Below, piece after piece: positions 28,024-38,326 of a DNA stretch of 64,000 bases. The notes below the pieces were generated by a model. It saw only the letters and a program-made list of their open reading frames with translations, was not told the DNA's origin and searched no databases. The first letter of the stretch is position 1. Every line of letters starts with the position of its first letter. Source of the DNA: Planctomycetota bacterium (lineage in GTDB: Bacteria; Planctomycetota; PLA2; JAEUHO01); the NCBI GenBank assembly GCA_964228555.1, contig CAXQZU010000009.1, positions 14,778 through 78,777 of the forward strand, in the 5' to 3' direction. The position numbers and the translations under genes are program-made.

Positions 28024-28425
28024 ATGGGCATCCCCGTCAAGGCCCTGTTCACCGTCGAGGAGGCCGTGCGCACGCTGCCGCTCGTGAGAGCCATCGTGGC
28101 GGACCTCGTGGAGCAGGTGGCCGCGCACCGCGCCACCAGCCGCGCATGGCGTGACGCGCCGCCGGCCAGCGGCGAGCGACGCCTGCTGGAGGACGACCTG
28201 CGCCTGCTGGGCGCGCGCGTGCAGGGCTGCCTCGACGAGCTGGCTGCGCTGGGGCTGGAGGTGCGCGACCTCGAGCTGGGCCACGTGGACTTCCCCACGC
28301 TGATGGGCAGCGAGCCCGCCTTCCTCTGCTGGCAGCTGGGCGAGCCCACCGTGACCAGCTGGCACAGCGCGGACACGGGCCACCGCACGCGCCAGCCGCT
28401 GGCCGCCGGCGCCTGCGCGGCCTAG
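28024..28425 (+). CDS. DUF2203 family protein
   Basis: ATG at 28024 inside ORF 26992..28425; 133 aa MGIPVKALFTVEEA...LGLEVRDLELGHVDFP typical of COG4911/DUF2203. Confidence 0.6.
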   Translation: MGIPVKALFTVEEAVRTLPLVRAIVADLVEQVAAHRATSRAWRDAPPASGERRLLEDDLRLLGARVQGCLDELAALGLEVRDLELGHVDFPTLMGSEPAFLCWQLGEPTVTSWHSADTGHRTRQPLAAGACAA

Positions 28426-28434
28426 CGTCCGGCC

Positions 28435-28830
28435 ATGCCCAGCCTGTTCACGCGCATCGTGCAGGGCGAGCTGCCCTGCCACAAGGTGTGGGAGGACGCC
28501 CAGCACCTGGCCTTCCTCGACATCGTGCCCATCCAGCCCGGCCACACGCTGGTGATCCCCAAGCGCGAGGTGGGCTACCTGTTCGACCTGGAGGCGGCCG
28601 AGCAGGAGGCGCTGTGGCGTGCGGTGCGCACGGTGGAGGCCGCCGTGCGGGCCGCCACGGGCTGCAGGCGCACCTGCATGATGGTGGTGGGCTGGGAGGT
28701 GCCGCACGTGCACGTGCACCTCGTGCCCACGAACGCGGCCAGCGAGTTCCCCGTGCCCCCCAAGATCAAGGTGACGCCCCAGCAGCTGGCCTACATGGCC
28801 GCGCGCGTGGCCCGGCAGATTCGCTCCTAG
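28435..28830 (+). CDS. HIT family protein (histidine triad nucleotide hydrolase)
   Basis: HVHVHLVP histidine-triad motif with N-terminal [17 protein letters not shown]. Confidence 0.9.
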   Translation: MPSLFTRIVQGELPCHKVWEDAQHLAFLDIVPIQPGHTLVIPKREVGYLFDLEAAEQEALWRAVRTVEAAVRAATGCRRTCMMVVGWEVPHVHVHLVPTNAASEFPVPPKIKVTPQQLAYMAARVARQIRS

Positions 28831-29414
28831 CGGCGCGCCAGCGCGAGGAACTCCTGGCGTGTCTTGAGGTCGCTGCGGAAGCGCCCGAGCATGCACGAGG
28901 TCACGGTGCTGCTGTTCTGCTTCTCGACGCCCCGCATCATCATGCACAGGTGCTGGGCCTCGATGAGCACGCCCACGCCCTGCGGCCGCAGCACCTCCTC
29001 CAGCGCCCCCGCGATCTGGGTGGTCATGCGCTCCTGCACCTGCAGGCGGCGGGCAAACACGTCCACGACGCGCGCGAGCTTGGAGAGGCCCACGATGCGG
29101 CCCGCGGGCAGGTAGGCCACGTGGGCCCGTCCGAAGAAGGGCAGCAGGTGGTGCTCGCAGAGGCTGTAGACCTCGATGTCCCGCACCACCACCATCTCGT
29201 CGCTGTCGCTGTCGAACAGGGCGCCCGCGAGCAGGGCCTTCACGTCCACGCCATGGCCGCCGGTGAGGTAGGCCAGGCTGCGGGCCACGCGCTCGGGCGT
29301 CTTGGCCAGGTCGGCACGCGAGGCGCCGGGGTCCAGGTGCGGCAGCATCTGGGCCACGGCATCGGCCAGCTCACGCTGGCCGGGACGGTCGCTGGAGGGG
29401 CGGGAGGCGCTCAC
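28827..29414 (-). CDS. folE: GTP cyclohydrolase I
   Basis: [23 protein letters not shown] and MMMRGV motifs; convergent 4-nt overlap with the HIT gene. Confidence 0.9.
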   Translation of the reverse strand: MSASRPSSDRPGQRELADAVAQMLPHLDPGASRADLAKTPERVARSLAYLTGGHGVDVKALLAGALFDSDSDEMVVVRDIEVYSLCEHHLLPFFGRAHVAYLPAGRIVGLSKLARVVDVFARRLQVQERMTTQIAGALEEVLRPQGVGVLIEAQHLCMMMRGVEKQNSSTVTSCMLGRFRSDLKTRQEFLALARR

Positions 29415-29442
29415 GCGGGAAGCCTACCGCCGCGAGGCCGGC

Positions 29443-29952
29443 TCAGGCACCTGCGATGCGGTCCAGGGCCCGGCGGGCGTCCACGCGCAGGTCCGGGTCG
29501 GGGTCGGACAGTGCCGCGGTGAGCGCGGGCACGGCGGCCTGGCCATGCCGCACCAGGCCGTCGATGGCGCGCTCGCAGGTGCGCGCATCGCCTCCCCGCA
29601 GGCGCGCCACCAGCGCCTCCACGGGCTCCAGCGGCCTGCCCTCGGTGCCGTCCACCTCGCGGTCCGGGTCGTCCAGCGCGCGCCAGTCCTGCTCCACGCG
29701 CTGGACGGGCAGCCCCGCCTCCTCGTCGGCACCGGCCTCGGGCAGCGTCGCGCCGGCGGGCGGGTTGCCCGAGGGCTCCGGCGCAGCGTGCTGGGTGGGC
29801 GGCGTGCGCGCCGCGAGCAGGCCGCGCACGACCAGCAGCACGAAGCCCAGCGCGCCCAGCAGCACCAGCACCAGCGTGCCCGTGTCGAGGGAGGCAGCCA
29901 GCGGCACGAGCAGCATCGGGTCCTCCTCGGGCACCTGCATCGGGGCTGCCAC
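29443..29952 (-). CDS. membrane-anchored HEAT-repeat protein
   Basis: TM LVLVLLGALGFVLLVV; C-terminal PBS-lyase HEAT repeat AIDGLVRHGQAAVPALTAALSDPDPDLRVDARRALDRI; located between tRNA-Leu and folE. Confidence 0.5.
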   Translation of the reverse strand: MAAPMQVPEEDPMLLVPLAASLDTGTLVLVLLGALGFVLLVVRGLLAARTPPTQHAAPEPSGNPPAGATLPEAGADEEAGLPVQRVEQDWRALDDPDREVDGTEGRPLEPVEALVARLRGGDARTCERAIDGLVRHGQAAVPALTAALSDPDPDLRVDARRALDRIAGA

Positions 29953-29959
29953 GACAGGC

Positions 29960-30047
29960 TGGTGCGAGAGGAGGGAGTCGAACCCTCAGGGGCCTTGCGG
30001 CCGCAGGCTCCTAAGGCCTGTGCGTCTGCCAGTTCCGCCACTCTCGC
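29960..30047 (-). tRNA. tRNA-Leu (anticodon TAG)
   Basis: Reverse complement reads GCGAGAGTGGCGGAACTGGCAGACGCACAGGCCTTAGGAGCCTGCGGCCGCAAGGCCCCTGAGGGTTCGACTCCCTCCTCTCGCACCA: class II tRNA with long variable arm, perfect 7-bp acceptor stem, encoded CCA. Confidence 0.85.
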
Positions 30048-30119
30048 GCGGGTGCCCCACTCTACGCATGCTCGGCGGCGGCTGCCGCGCGGGCGGCAGG
30101 CTGGCCCGCCCCGCGTGGC

Positions 30120-30635
30120 CTAGCGCAGCGGGCGCTCGAACAGGCGCTGCAGGTCCTCGTCCCGCTGGCGGAAGAGGCGCGGGGCTTCCTCGGCGCACCA
30201 CGCGCGGTAGGCGCCCGGCCCCTTGCGCGCCACCTCGAGCCATGCGTCGCGCACGGAGAGCCCGAAGGGATCACGTCGAGCGAGCGCAGGGCGGCCCGCC
30301 CCGTCGCCGCCGATCTCCGCCGAGAGGCTGCCCGCGACCAGCGTGGCCCGCATGTGCGCCATCGCCGCCACCTCGGCGCCCGGCGCGGCGAGGTCTGGCC
30401 AGAGCAGGGCGCGCAGGAAGCCTGCGTCATCGCTCAGCTGCTGCGTGCCCAGGCCCGGACCTCCCTCCACCCCCGCCACGAGGCGCGCGAGCAAGGCGGC
30501 CTCGCCGGGGGCCTCGCGCGCCGCCGGGGGGCCTGCGGCTTCCTCCGGGCCGGAGGGCCGTCCCGCAGGCCCCTCGCCGCAGCCCGGCGCCCCGAGGAAG
30601 GCCCAGAGCAGCAGGGCGGCCGCCGGCATTCGCAT
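30120..30635 (-). CDS. hypothetical secreted/lipoprotein
   Basis: Signal peptide MRMPAAALLLWAFLGAPGCG; 171 aa, no family recognised. Confidence 0.45.
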   Translation of the reverse strand: MRMPAAALLLWAFLGAPGCGEGPAGRPSGPEEAAGPPAAREAPGEAALLARLVAGVEGGPGLGTQQLSDDAGFLRALLWPDLAAPGAEVAAMAHMRATLVAGSLSAEIGGDGAGRPALARRDPFGLSVRDAWLEVARKGPGAYRAWCAEEAPRLFRQRDEDLQRLFERPLR

Positions 30636-30781
30636 GGCTCCATCCTAGGCCACGGGCAGACGCCTGGAGGCATCACTTGCACTACGCAAGCATTGGGGCA
30701 AGGATGGCTTGGAGGGCGCAGGGGTGAGGGGTAGCCTGCGCAGCCCGGGCGCGTCGCGCCCCGTCGCGTGGAGCGCACCCC

Positions 30782-31900
30782 ATGGCCGAGGCCGCCGAGC
30801 TGCTGCAGGTGATCGACGTGGACGGCAAGACGCGCGGCAAGGCGCCGGCGCTCAAGCCCGACGACCTCAAGGCCATGTTCCGCGCGATGCTGGCCACGCG
30901 GCTCTTCGACCAGCGCGGCATGAACCTGCAGCGCCAGGGTCGCATCGGCTTCTTCGTGCCCTCCATGGGCCAGGAGGCCAGCCAGATCGGTGCCGGCTAC
31001 GCGATGGGCGAGCAGGACTGGCTGTTCCCCTCCTACCGCACGCACTCGCTGGCCATCCTCAAGGGCGTGGCGTGGAAGCGGCTCTACGACCAGCTGTGGG
31101 GCAACGCCACGGACGAGGTGAAGGGCCGCCAGATGCCCAACCACTTCTCGTTCCGCGACATCCGCTGGGTGTCGATCTCCTCGCCCATCGGCACGCAGAT
31201 CAGCCAGGCGGCGGGTGCCGCGCGGGGCATGCAGGTGCGCGGCGAGAAGGGCTGCGTGTGGGCGTGGTTCGGCGATGGCGGTACCTCCAGCAACGACTTC
31301 CATGCGGGCCTCAACTTCGCGGGCGTGTGGAAGTCGCCGGTGGTGTTCATGTGCGAGAACAACCACTGGGCCATCTCGGTGCCCACCGAGAAGCAGACGG
31401 CCAGCCAGACCTTCGCCGACAAGGCCGTGGCCTACGGCATGCGCGGCGTGCGGGTGGACGGCAACGACGTGCTCGCGGTGTACGAGGCGGCCCGCGAGGC
31501 GCGCGAGCGCGCCGTGCGCGGCGAGGGCCCCACGCTCATCGAGACCGTCACCTTCCGCATGGGCCCCCACTCGAGCAGCGACGACCCCAAGCGCTACCAG
31601 GCCCAGAGCCTGTTCGAGGCCTGGCAGAAGAAGGACCCCATCGAGCGCTTCCGGGCCTGGCTCAAGGTCAAGAAGCTGTGGTCGCAGGAGTGGGAGGACC
31701 AGCTCTCCAAGGGCATCCAGGACGAGCTCGCCAAGGCGGTCGAGGCGGCCGAGGCCACGCCGGCGCCCACCCTCGACACGCTGTTCGACGACGTCTACGC
31801 CACGCTGCCCGCCCAGCTCGCCGAGCAGAAGGCGGGCCTCATGGAGCAGATCCGCCGCAGCGGCGAGATCGAGAACGCCGGCGGCGCCTTCCCGCTCTAG
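30782..31900 (+). CDS. 2-oxoacid (branched-chain/pyruvate) dehydrogenase E1 component alpha subunit
   Basis: TPP motif GDGGTSSNDFHAGLNFAG, CENNHWAIS, phosphorylation-loop-like YRMGPHSSSDD. Confidence 0.9.
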   Translation: MAEAAELLQVIDVDGKTRGKAPALKPDDLKAMFRAMLATRLFDQRGMNLQRQGRIGFFVPSMGQEASQIGAGYAMGEQDWLFPSYRTHSLAILKGVAWKRLYDQLWGNATDEVKGRQMPNHFSFRDIRWVSISSPIGTQISQAAGAARGMQVRGEKGCVWAWFGDGGTSSNDFHAGLNFAGVWKSPVVFMCENNHWAISVPTEKQTASQTFADKAVAYGMRGVRVDGNDVLAVYEAAREARERAVRGEGPTLIETVTFRMGPHSSSDDPKRYQAQSLFEAWQKKDPIERFRAWLKVKKLWSQEWEDQLSKGIQDELAKAVEAAEATPAPTLDTLFDDVYATLPAQLAEQKAGLMEQIRRSGEIENAGGAFPL

Positions 31901-31975
31901 ACCCCACGACCACCGTCCCCTCCCCCTCTCCACGGCGCGGCCGGCAGCCGCCACCCGCCACGAAAGGACGACCCC

Positions 31976-32953
31976 ATGCCCGAGATGACCATGCTGCAGG
32001 CGATCAACGACGCCCTGCACGTCGCGATGGCGAAGGACGACGGCGTCGTCATGCTGGGCGAGGACATCGGCAAGAAGGGTGGCGTGTTCGGCGCCACGCA
32101 AGGGCTGCACGACAAGTACGGCGAGATGCGCGTGATGGACACGCCCCTCTCGGAGTGCGGCATCATCGGCAGTGCGGTGGGCATGGCCCTCTACGGCCTC
32201 AAGCCGGTGCCCGAGATCCAGTTCCTCGACTTCATCTATCCCGCCTTCGACCAGATCGTCTCCGAGGCGGCCAAGATGCGCTACCGCTCGGGCGGCCAGT
32301 GGACCTGCCCGATGGTGATCCGCAGCCCCTCGGGCGGCGGCATCCGCGGCGGCCACTACCACTCGCAGTCCAGCGAGGCCTACTTCGCGCACACGCCCGG
32401 GCTGCGCGTGGTGATGCCGAGCACGGCGCGCGACGCCAAGGGCATGCTGCTGTCGGCGATCTTCTGCGGCGACCCGGTGGTGTTCCTCGAGCCCAAGCAC
32501 CTCTACCGCCTGGCCAAGGGCGACGTGCCCGCAGGCTGGTACGTGGAAGACCTCGACAAGGCGCGCGTCGCGCACGAGGGCACGGACGTGACCGTGGTGT
32601 CCTGGGGCGCCATGATGCACACCTGCGAGGAAGTGCTCAAGGAGGCCCACGAGAAGGGCATCTCGGTGGAGCTGGTGGACCTGCGCACCCTGCTGCCGTG
32701 GGACGCCGAGACCGTGCTGGCCAGCGTGCGCAAGACGGGGCGCCTCGTGACCGTGCAGGAGGCCCCGCGCACCTGCGGCTTCGGCAGCGAGGTGGCTGCC
32801 ACGGTCGCCGAGAAGGCCATCGACTCGCTGCGTGCGCCCATCGCGCGCGTGGCCGGCTTCGACACGCCGTTCCCCTACACGCTGGAGCACGTCTACAAGC
32901 CCGACCGCAAGCGCGTGCTGGGCGCCATCGAGTACGTCTGCCGCTGGGAGTGA
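31976..32953 (+). CDS. 2-oxoacid dehydrogenase E1 component beta subunit
   Basis: Transketolase-like pyrimidine-binding and C-terminal domains (MGEDIGKKGGVFG, TPLSECGIIG). Confidence 0.9.
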   Translation: MPEMTMLQAINDALHVAMAKDDGVVMLGEDIGKKGGVFGATQGLHDKYGEMRVMDTPLSECGIIGSAVGMALYGLKPVPEIQFLDFIYPAFDQIVSEAAKMRYRSGGQWTCPMVIRSPSGGGIRGGHYHSQSSEAYFAHTPGLRVVMPSTARDAKGMLLSAIFCGDPVVFLEPKHLYRLAKGDVPAGWYVEDLDKARVAHEGTDVTVVSWGAMMHTCEEVLKEAHEKGISVELVDLRTLLPWDAETVLASVRKTGRLVTVQEAPRTCGFGSEVAATVAEKAIDSLRAPIARVAGFDTPFPYTLEHVYKPDRKRVLGAIEYVCRWE

Positions 32954-33039
32954 GGATCGCTCCCCCGGCCCCATCGCCCCGCGCGGGGCACACCTGCTGC
33001 ACGTAGCCCGGGGACGGGAGCGTCCCCAAGGAGACCGCC

Positions 33040-34362
33040 ATGGCCTTCGAGTTCAAGCTGCCCGACATCGGCGAGGGCCTCACCGAGGGTGAGGTCGTCA
33101 AGTGGCTCGTGAAGGAGGGCGATGCCGTCCAGAGCGAGCAGCCCATGGTCGAGGTGATGACGGACAAGGCGACGGTCGAGATCACCTCGCCGCGCACCGG
33201 CCGCATCGCCAAGATCCTGGCGCAGGACGGCCAGAAGATCCCCGTGGGCTCGGTGATGGTGGTGATCGAGGAGGGTGCGGGCGGCAGCGCGGCGCCTGCA
33301 GCCGCTGCGGCGCCTGCGGCCGCCGCGGCCAAGGCCCAGCCCAGCCCGGCGGCGCGCCCGCCGGTGCCGCAGGCCGCCCCGGCGGTGGCCGCGCCCGCGG
33401 CCAGCGCGCCGCGCCGCGAGCGCACGCTGGCCGCCCCGGCCACGCGCAAGCGCGCGCGCGAGCTGGGGGTGGACCTCGACAGCATCCCCGCCTCGGGCCC
33501 CCACGGCCGGCTCACGCGCGCCGACCTCGACGCCTTCGTGGCCGGCGGCGCGCGCACGCCGGCGAGCGCGCCGGCCGCGGTGCCCGCGCGCAGCGTGGCC
33601 CCGGCCGTGCCCAGCGCCCCCCCGGCGCGCGTGGCGCCCGTGGCCCCGCCGGTGCTGGCCGAGGACACGCGCGTGCCCCTGCGGGGCCTGCGCGGGAAGA
33701 TCGCCGAGCAGATGCTGCGCAGCAAGCAGCACGCCCCGCACTTCACCTACGTGGACGAGTGCGACATGACCGAGGTGGTGCGCCTGCGCGAGGCCGCCAA
33801 GCCGGCGGCCGAGGCGCGCGGGGTGAAGCTCACCTTCCTGCCCTTCATCATGAAGGCGCTGGTGGTGGCCCTGCGCAAGCACCCCACGATCAACGCCCTC
33901 GTGGACGACACCAAGGGCGAGTACGTGCTCAAGCGCGACATCAACGTCGGCCTGGCCACGGACACCGACGACGGCCTGACCGTGCCGGTGGTGAAGGGCG
34001 TGGACCGCCGCTCCATCCTGGAGATCGCGGCCGAGATCCAGCGGCTGACCGAGGCCGCGCGGGCCCGCAAGGTGGCGCTGGAAGACCTCAAGGGCGGCAC
34101 GATCACCATCACCAGCGCCGGCAGCATCGGCGGCCTGCTGGCCACCCCCATCCTCAACTACCCCGAGGTGGGCATCCTGGGCGTCTACAAGGTGGCCGAC
34201 CGCCCGGTGGTGCGCGACGGCCAGGTGGTGGTGCGCAAGATGTGCAACCTCTCCATCACGCTGGATCACCGCATCGTGGACGGCGCCACGGCCGCCCGCT
34301 TCATGAACGAGATGCTGCGCCTGCTGCAGGCGCCGGGCCTGTTGCTGGTCGAGGGCGCCTAG
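33040..34362 (+). CDS. dihydrolipoamide acyltransferase E2 component
   Basis: Lipoyl domain EVMTDKATVEI, peripheral subunit-binding domain, catalytic DHRIVDGA. Confidence 0.9.
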   Translation: MAFEFKLPDIGEGLTEGEVVKWLVKEGDAVQSEQPMVEVMTDKATVEITSPRTGRIAKILAQDGQKIPVGSVMVVIEEGAGGSAAPAAAAAPAAAAAKAQPSPAARPPVPQAAPAVAAPAASAPRRERTLAAPATRKRARELGVDLDSIPASGPHGRLTRADLDAFVAGGARTPASAPAAVPARSVAPAVPSAPPARVAPVAPPVLAEDTRVPLRGLRGKIAEQMLRSKQHAPHFTYVDECDMTEVVRLREAAKPAAEARGVKLTFLPFIMKALVVALRKHPTINALVDDTKGEYVLKRDINVGLATDTDDGLTVPVVKGVDRRSILEIAAEIQRLTEAARARKVALEDLKGGTITITSAGSIGGLLATPILNYPEVGILGVYKVADRPVVRDGQVVVRKMCNLSITLDHRIVDGATAARFMNEMLRLLQAPGLLLVEGA

Positions 34363-34365
34363 GCC

Positions 34366-35532
34366 GTGAAGGCCCCCTCCGGCAAGCGCGAGCCTGCGCC
34401 GCCCCGTGCCCGCACGGGCCGTGGCGCCGTGCCGCCCATGCCCGACCCCTTCGCGGTGGGCCCGCTGGGCCTGTTCCGCCTGGTGGACGAGCACGGCGCC
34501 GAGGTGGCCGAGGTGCCTGCCCTGCCCGAGGGCCTCGCCGTGCGCTTCCTCGAGGCCATGCTGTTCCAGCGCGCGCTGGACCAGCGCATGCTCAACCTGC
34601 AGCGGCAGGGGCGCATCGGCTTCTACGGCACGGCCAAGGGCCAGGAGGGCGCGGCGCTGGGCTCGGGCGCGGCCTTCGACGGGGAGGACTGGGTGTTCCC
34701 CGCCCTGCGCGAGGGTGCCGTGGCCCTCTGGCGCGGCATGGCGCTGGAGGCCTACATCGCCCAGTGCTTCGGCAACGCGGCCGACCCCACGCACGGCCGC
34801 CAGATGCCCTGCCACTACAGCGACAAGGGCGCGCGCTACATCTCGCTCTCCTCGCCCATCGCCACGCAGGTGACCCAGGCCGCGGGCGCGGCCCGCGCGG
34901 TGCAGGTGCGGGGCGACCGCACGGTGGTGGGCGGCTACCTGGGCGACGGCGCCACCAGCGAGCCTGACTTCCACGCGGCGCTCAACTTCGCCGGCGTGTG
35001 GAAGGCTCCGGTGGTCTTCGTGTGCCAGAACAACCAGTGGGCCATCAGCGTGCCGCTGTCCAAGCAGACGGCCTCGGCGACCCTGGCCGTCAAGGCCAAG
35101 GCCTACGGCATGCCGGGCCTGCGCGTGGACGGCAACGACGTGCTGGCCTGCTACGTGGCCACGAAGGCCGCCGTGGACCGCGCCCGGCGCGGCGAGGGTC
35201 CCAGCTTCGTGGAGTGCCTCACCTACCGGCTGGGCGGCCACTCCTCCAGCGACGATCCCTCGAAGTACCGGGACGAGTCCGAGGCGAAGGCGTGGGAGGC
35301 GCGCGACCCGCTGCTGCGCCATCGCGCCTGGCTGGCGGCGCGCGGCCTGTGGGACGCGGCGCGCGAGGAGGCCTTCCTTGCCTCGGCGGGCAAGCGCATC
35401 ACCGACGCCATCGCGCGCGTCGAGGCTGCCCCGCAGCCTGCGGCCGACACCCTGTTCCGCGACGTGTGGGCGAGCGTGCCCCCGCTGCTGCAGGACCAGC
35501 AACGCCGCCTGGAGGGCGGCCTGCCGGTCTAG
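34366..35532 (+). CDS. second 2-oxoacid dehydrogenase E1 alpha-subunit paralog
   Basis: GDGATSEPDFHAALNFAG, CQNNQWAIS, YRLGGHSSSDD. GTG at 34366 immediately after the E2 stop (alternative ATG 34438). No second beta subunit follows. Confidence 0.8.
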   Translation: MKAPSGKREPAPPRARTGRGAVPPMPDPFAVGPLGLFRLVDEHGAEVAEVPALPEGLAVRFLEAMLFQRALDQRMLNLQRQGRIGFYGTAKGQEGAALGSGAAFDGEDWVFPALREGAVALWRGMALEAYIAQCFGNAADPTHGRQMPCHYSDKGARYISLSSPIATQVTQAAGAARAVQVRGDRTVVGGYLGDGATSEPDFHAALNFAGVWKAPVVFVCQNNQWAISVPLSKQTASATLAVKAKAYGMPGLRVDGNDVLACYVATKAAVDRARRGEGPSFVECLTYRLGGHSSSDDPSKYRDESEAKAWEARDPLLRHRAWLAARGLWDAAREEAFLASAGKRITDAIARVEAAPQPAADTLFRDVWASVPPLLQDQQRRLEGGLPV

Positions 35533-35622
35533 GCCGCGGCCACGCCCTCGCCCGACGTCCGTCCCCCATCCCATCCCGACCTGCACACGGGCCCGCGAGG
35601 GCCCCAGCGCCCGGAGGCTCCC

Positions 35623-37029
35623 ATGGCAAGCGAGACGTTCGACCTGGTGGTGATCGGCAGCGGTCCCGGCGGCTACGTGGCCGGCATCCGCGCGGCCCAG
35701 CTGGGCCTGAAGACCGCCGTGATCGAGGAGGACAAGATCGGCGGCGTGTGCCTCAACGTGGGCTGCATCCCCTCGAAGAGCCTGATCTACGCCTCGGGGC
35801 TGGTGGAGAAGATCCGTCACGCCGACGCGCTGGGCCTCTCGGTGGGCGAGGTGAAGGTGGACGGCAAGCGCCTGCAGGCCTGGAAGTCGGGCATCGTCAA
35901 CCGCCTGACCACGGGCGTCGGCTTCCTGCTGTCGAAGAACGGGGCCACCGTGGTGCAGGGCAAGGCCGAGTTCGCCTCCCCCACGAGCGTCACGGTGACG
36001 GCCGCCGACGGCAAGGTGCGCACGCTGGAGTTCAAGAAGTGCATCGTGGCGGTGGGCGCACGTCCCGTGCACCTGCCCTTCCTTCCCATCGGCCCCCGCG
36101 TGGTGGACTACCGGGGCGCGCTGGACATCGACTTCGTGCCGCAGTCCTTCACCGTGGTGGGCGGCGGCGTGATCGGCCTGGAGCTGGGCGGCGTGTTCCA
36201 GCGGCTGGGCGCGCGGCTCACCGTGGTCGAGCTGACGGACAGCCTGCTGCCCGGCACCGACCCCGAGCTGGTCAAGACGCTGGAGCGCGAGCTCAAGAAG
36301 GCGGGCGCCACGATCCACAAGGAGACCGGTGCGACCGGCGTGGCGACGAAGGGCGGCAAGCAGGTCCTCACCGCGAAGACGAAGGCCGGCGAGGCGCTGG
36401 AGATCGACAGCGAGATGGTGCTCGTGGCCGTGGGCTTCAAGCCCAACAGCGATCGCGTGGGCGCGGCCAAGGCAGGGCTGGCCATCGACAAGACGGGCCA
36501 CTTCACGGTCAACGCCCAGCGCCAGACCAACGTGCCGCACATCTATGCCATCGGCGACTGCGCCGGCCTGCCCTGGCTGGCCCACAAGGCCAGCAAGGAG
36601 GGCATCGTGGCCGCCGAGCACGCGGCGGGCAGGAAGGTGGCCTACGACGTGCGCGCCATGCCCAGCGCCGTGTTCACCCACCCCGAGGTGGCCACCGTGG
36701 GCCTGCAGGAGCACGAGGCTCGTTCACGCGGCCGCGAGGTGCGCGTGGGCAAGTTCCCCTTCACCGCGCTGGGCCGCGCGATGTCGGTGGGCGCCACCGA
36801 GGGCTTCGTCAAGATCATCGCCGATGCCAAGACCGACGAGGTGCTGGGCGTGGCGGCCATCGGCTACCAGGCCAGCGACCTCATCGCCGAGGCCGCGCTG
36901 GCCATCGAGATGGGTGCCACCAGCGAGGACATCGCCCTCACGGTCCACGCCCACCCCACCTGGCCCGAGTCGCTGATGGAGGCGGCCGAGGCCGTGCACA
37001 AGCACGCCATCCACATCCTCAACACCTAG
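35623..37029 (+). CDS. lpd: dihydrolipoyl dehydrogenase (E3)
   Basis: FAD motif DLVVIGSGPGGY, redox disulfide GGVCLNVGCIPSK, HAHPT(L/W)xE C-terminal motif. Confidence 0.95.
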   Translation: MASETFDLVVIGSGPGGYVAGIRAAQLGLKTAVIEEDKIGGVCLNVGCIPSKSLIYASGLVEKIRHADALGLSVGEVKVDGKRLQAWKSGIVNRLTTGVGFLLSKNGATVVQGKAEFASPTSVTVTAADGKVRTLEFKKCIVAVGARPVHLPFLPIGPRVVDYRGALDIDFVPQSFTVVGGGVIGLELGGVFQRLGARLTVVELTDSLLPGTDPELVKTLERELKKAGATIHKETGATGVATKGGKQVLTAKTKAGEALEIDSEMVLVAVGFKPNSDRVGAAKAGLAIDKTGHFTVNAQRQTNVPHIYAIGDCAGLPWLAHKASKEGIVAAEHAAGRKVAYDVRAMPSAVFTHPEVATVGLQEHEARSRGREVRVGKFPFTALGRAMSVGATEGFVKIIADAKTDEVLGVAAIGYQASDLIAEAALAIEMGATSEDIALTVHAHPTWPESLMEAAEAVHKHAIHILNT

Positions 37030-37061
37030 TCCCGGCGCGCGCCGGACCGGGCCATGCCCGG

Positions 37062-38309
37062 CTAGGGCGTCAGCAGGTAGGCACTGGCCTGGCCGGCCTG
37101 GGCCGGGTCGGTGCCGATGCCGCCCACGAACAGGATGCGGCCGTCGGGCAGGCGCGTGGCGCTGTGGGCACCCATGCCGCGCGGGAACACGAGCGCCGTG
37201 GCGTAGGTGCCCGCGCCCGGCGTGCTGCCGTCCTCGACCAGCAGCTCGCAGCTGCGGGTGAGCACGCCCCCGTTGCCGAAGTCGTAGCCGCCCACGACCA
37301 GCACCACGTGGTCGCTCACCGGGGTGGCCGTGGCGAACACCCGGTTGCGGGCCAGCGGGCTGCTGGCATCGCGCACGCCGCTGCCGTCGGCCGGCGCGTA
37401 GAACACCGCGTTGCTGTTGCCGCCCCCGGCCACCAGCGCGGCACCGCCGGGCAGCACGGCACCACAGGCGTTGTAGCGCGGTCCCCCCGTGCCCGGCGGG
37501 GCGAAGGGCACGAAGGCATCGCTGCCCGGCTCGAAGCGCTCGCAGCGCTCGTCGGCGTCGCTGCCGCCGGCCAGCAGCAGGCTGCCGTCCCCCAGCGGGA
37601 GCAGGAGGTGCGTGGCTCGCGTGTGGAGCATGCGCGAGGCCAGCAAGGCGAAGCGGCCCGTGGCGGGATCGAAGACCTCGGCATCGTCGTGGTCGAGCAG
37701 GTCGCCGCCCTCGAGGCGGCTGCCTCCCGTCACCAGCACCCGCCCGTCCGGCAGGAGCGCCGCGGCCGCGTCCGTGCGCGGCCGCACCATGCGGCCGACC
37801 TCGGTGAAGGTCCCCGTGGAGGGGTCGAACACCTCGGCGCGATCCAGCACCGAGAGCACGCCCAGGGATCCCTCCACGTAGCCGCCGGCCAGCAGCACGC
37901 GACCGTCCAGCAGGCGCACCGCCACGTGGTTGCTGCGCGCCACGGCCATCGACCCGGTCGTGGTCACGAACTGCTGGGTGCTGGGCACGTAGATCTCGGC
38001 CCGGTCCGTGAGCAGCGTGCCCGCCACGGTGCCCCCCGCGACCAGCACCCGGCCGCTGGCGAGCAGGGTGGCCGTGTGCGAGTAGCGGCCCATGCTGAGC
38101 GAGCCGTAGGTGGGCCACAGGTCGCTGGCCGTGAGGTTGGGCACCTCGACCCGGGCCCCGCCGCCGCCCGGCACGTCGTAGAAGATGGACCCCCCGCCCA
38201 CGCTCCCGCCCGAGCCCCCGCCGCCGCAGGCGGCCAGGAGCAGGCAGGCCAGCCCCGCCAGGCGGCGCAGCGCGCCAGCCGGGCGGGCTCTCGGCAGGGC
38301 AGGGGCCAT
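37062..38309 (-). CDS. Kelch-repeat lipoprotein
   Basis: Lipobox LLAACGGG; repeated GRVLVAGG / GG-containing Kelch blades. Confidence 0.7.
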   Translation of the reverse strand: MAPALPRARPAGALRRLAGLACLLLAACGGGGSGGSVGGGSIFYDVPGGGGARVEVPNLTASDLWPTYGSLSMGRYSHTATLLASGRVLVAGGTVAGTLLTDRAEIYVPSTQQFVTTTGSMAVARSNHVAVRLLDGRVLLAGGYVEGSLGVLSVLDRAEVFDPSTGTFTEVGRMVRPRTDAAAALLPDGRVLVTGGSRLEGGDLLDHDDAEVFDPATGRFALLASRMLHTRATHLLLPLGDGSLLLAGGSDADERCERFEPGSDAFVPFAPPGTGGPRYNACGAVLPGGAALVAGGGNSNAVFYAPADGSGVRDASSPLARNRVFATATPVSDHVVLVVGGYDFGNGGVLTRSCELLVEDGSTPGAGTYATALVFPRGMGAHSATRLPDGRILFVGGIGTDPAQAGQASAYLLTP

Positions 38310-38326
38310 GCCGTGGAGTCTAGGCG

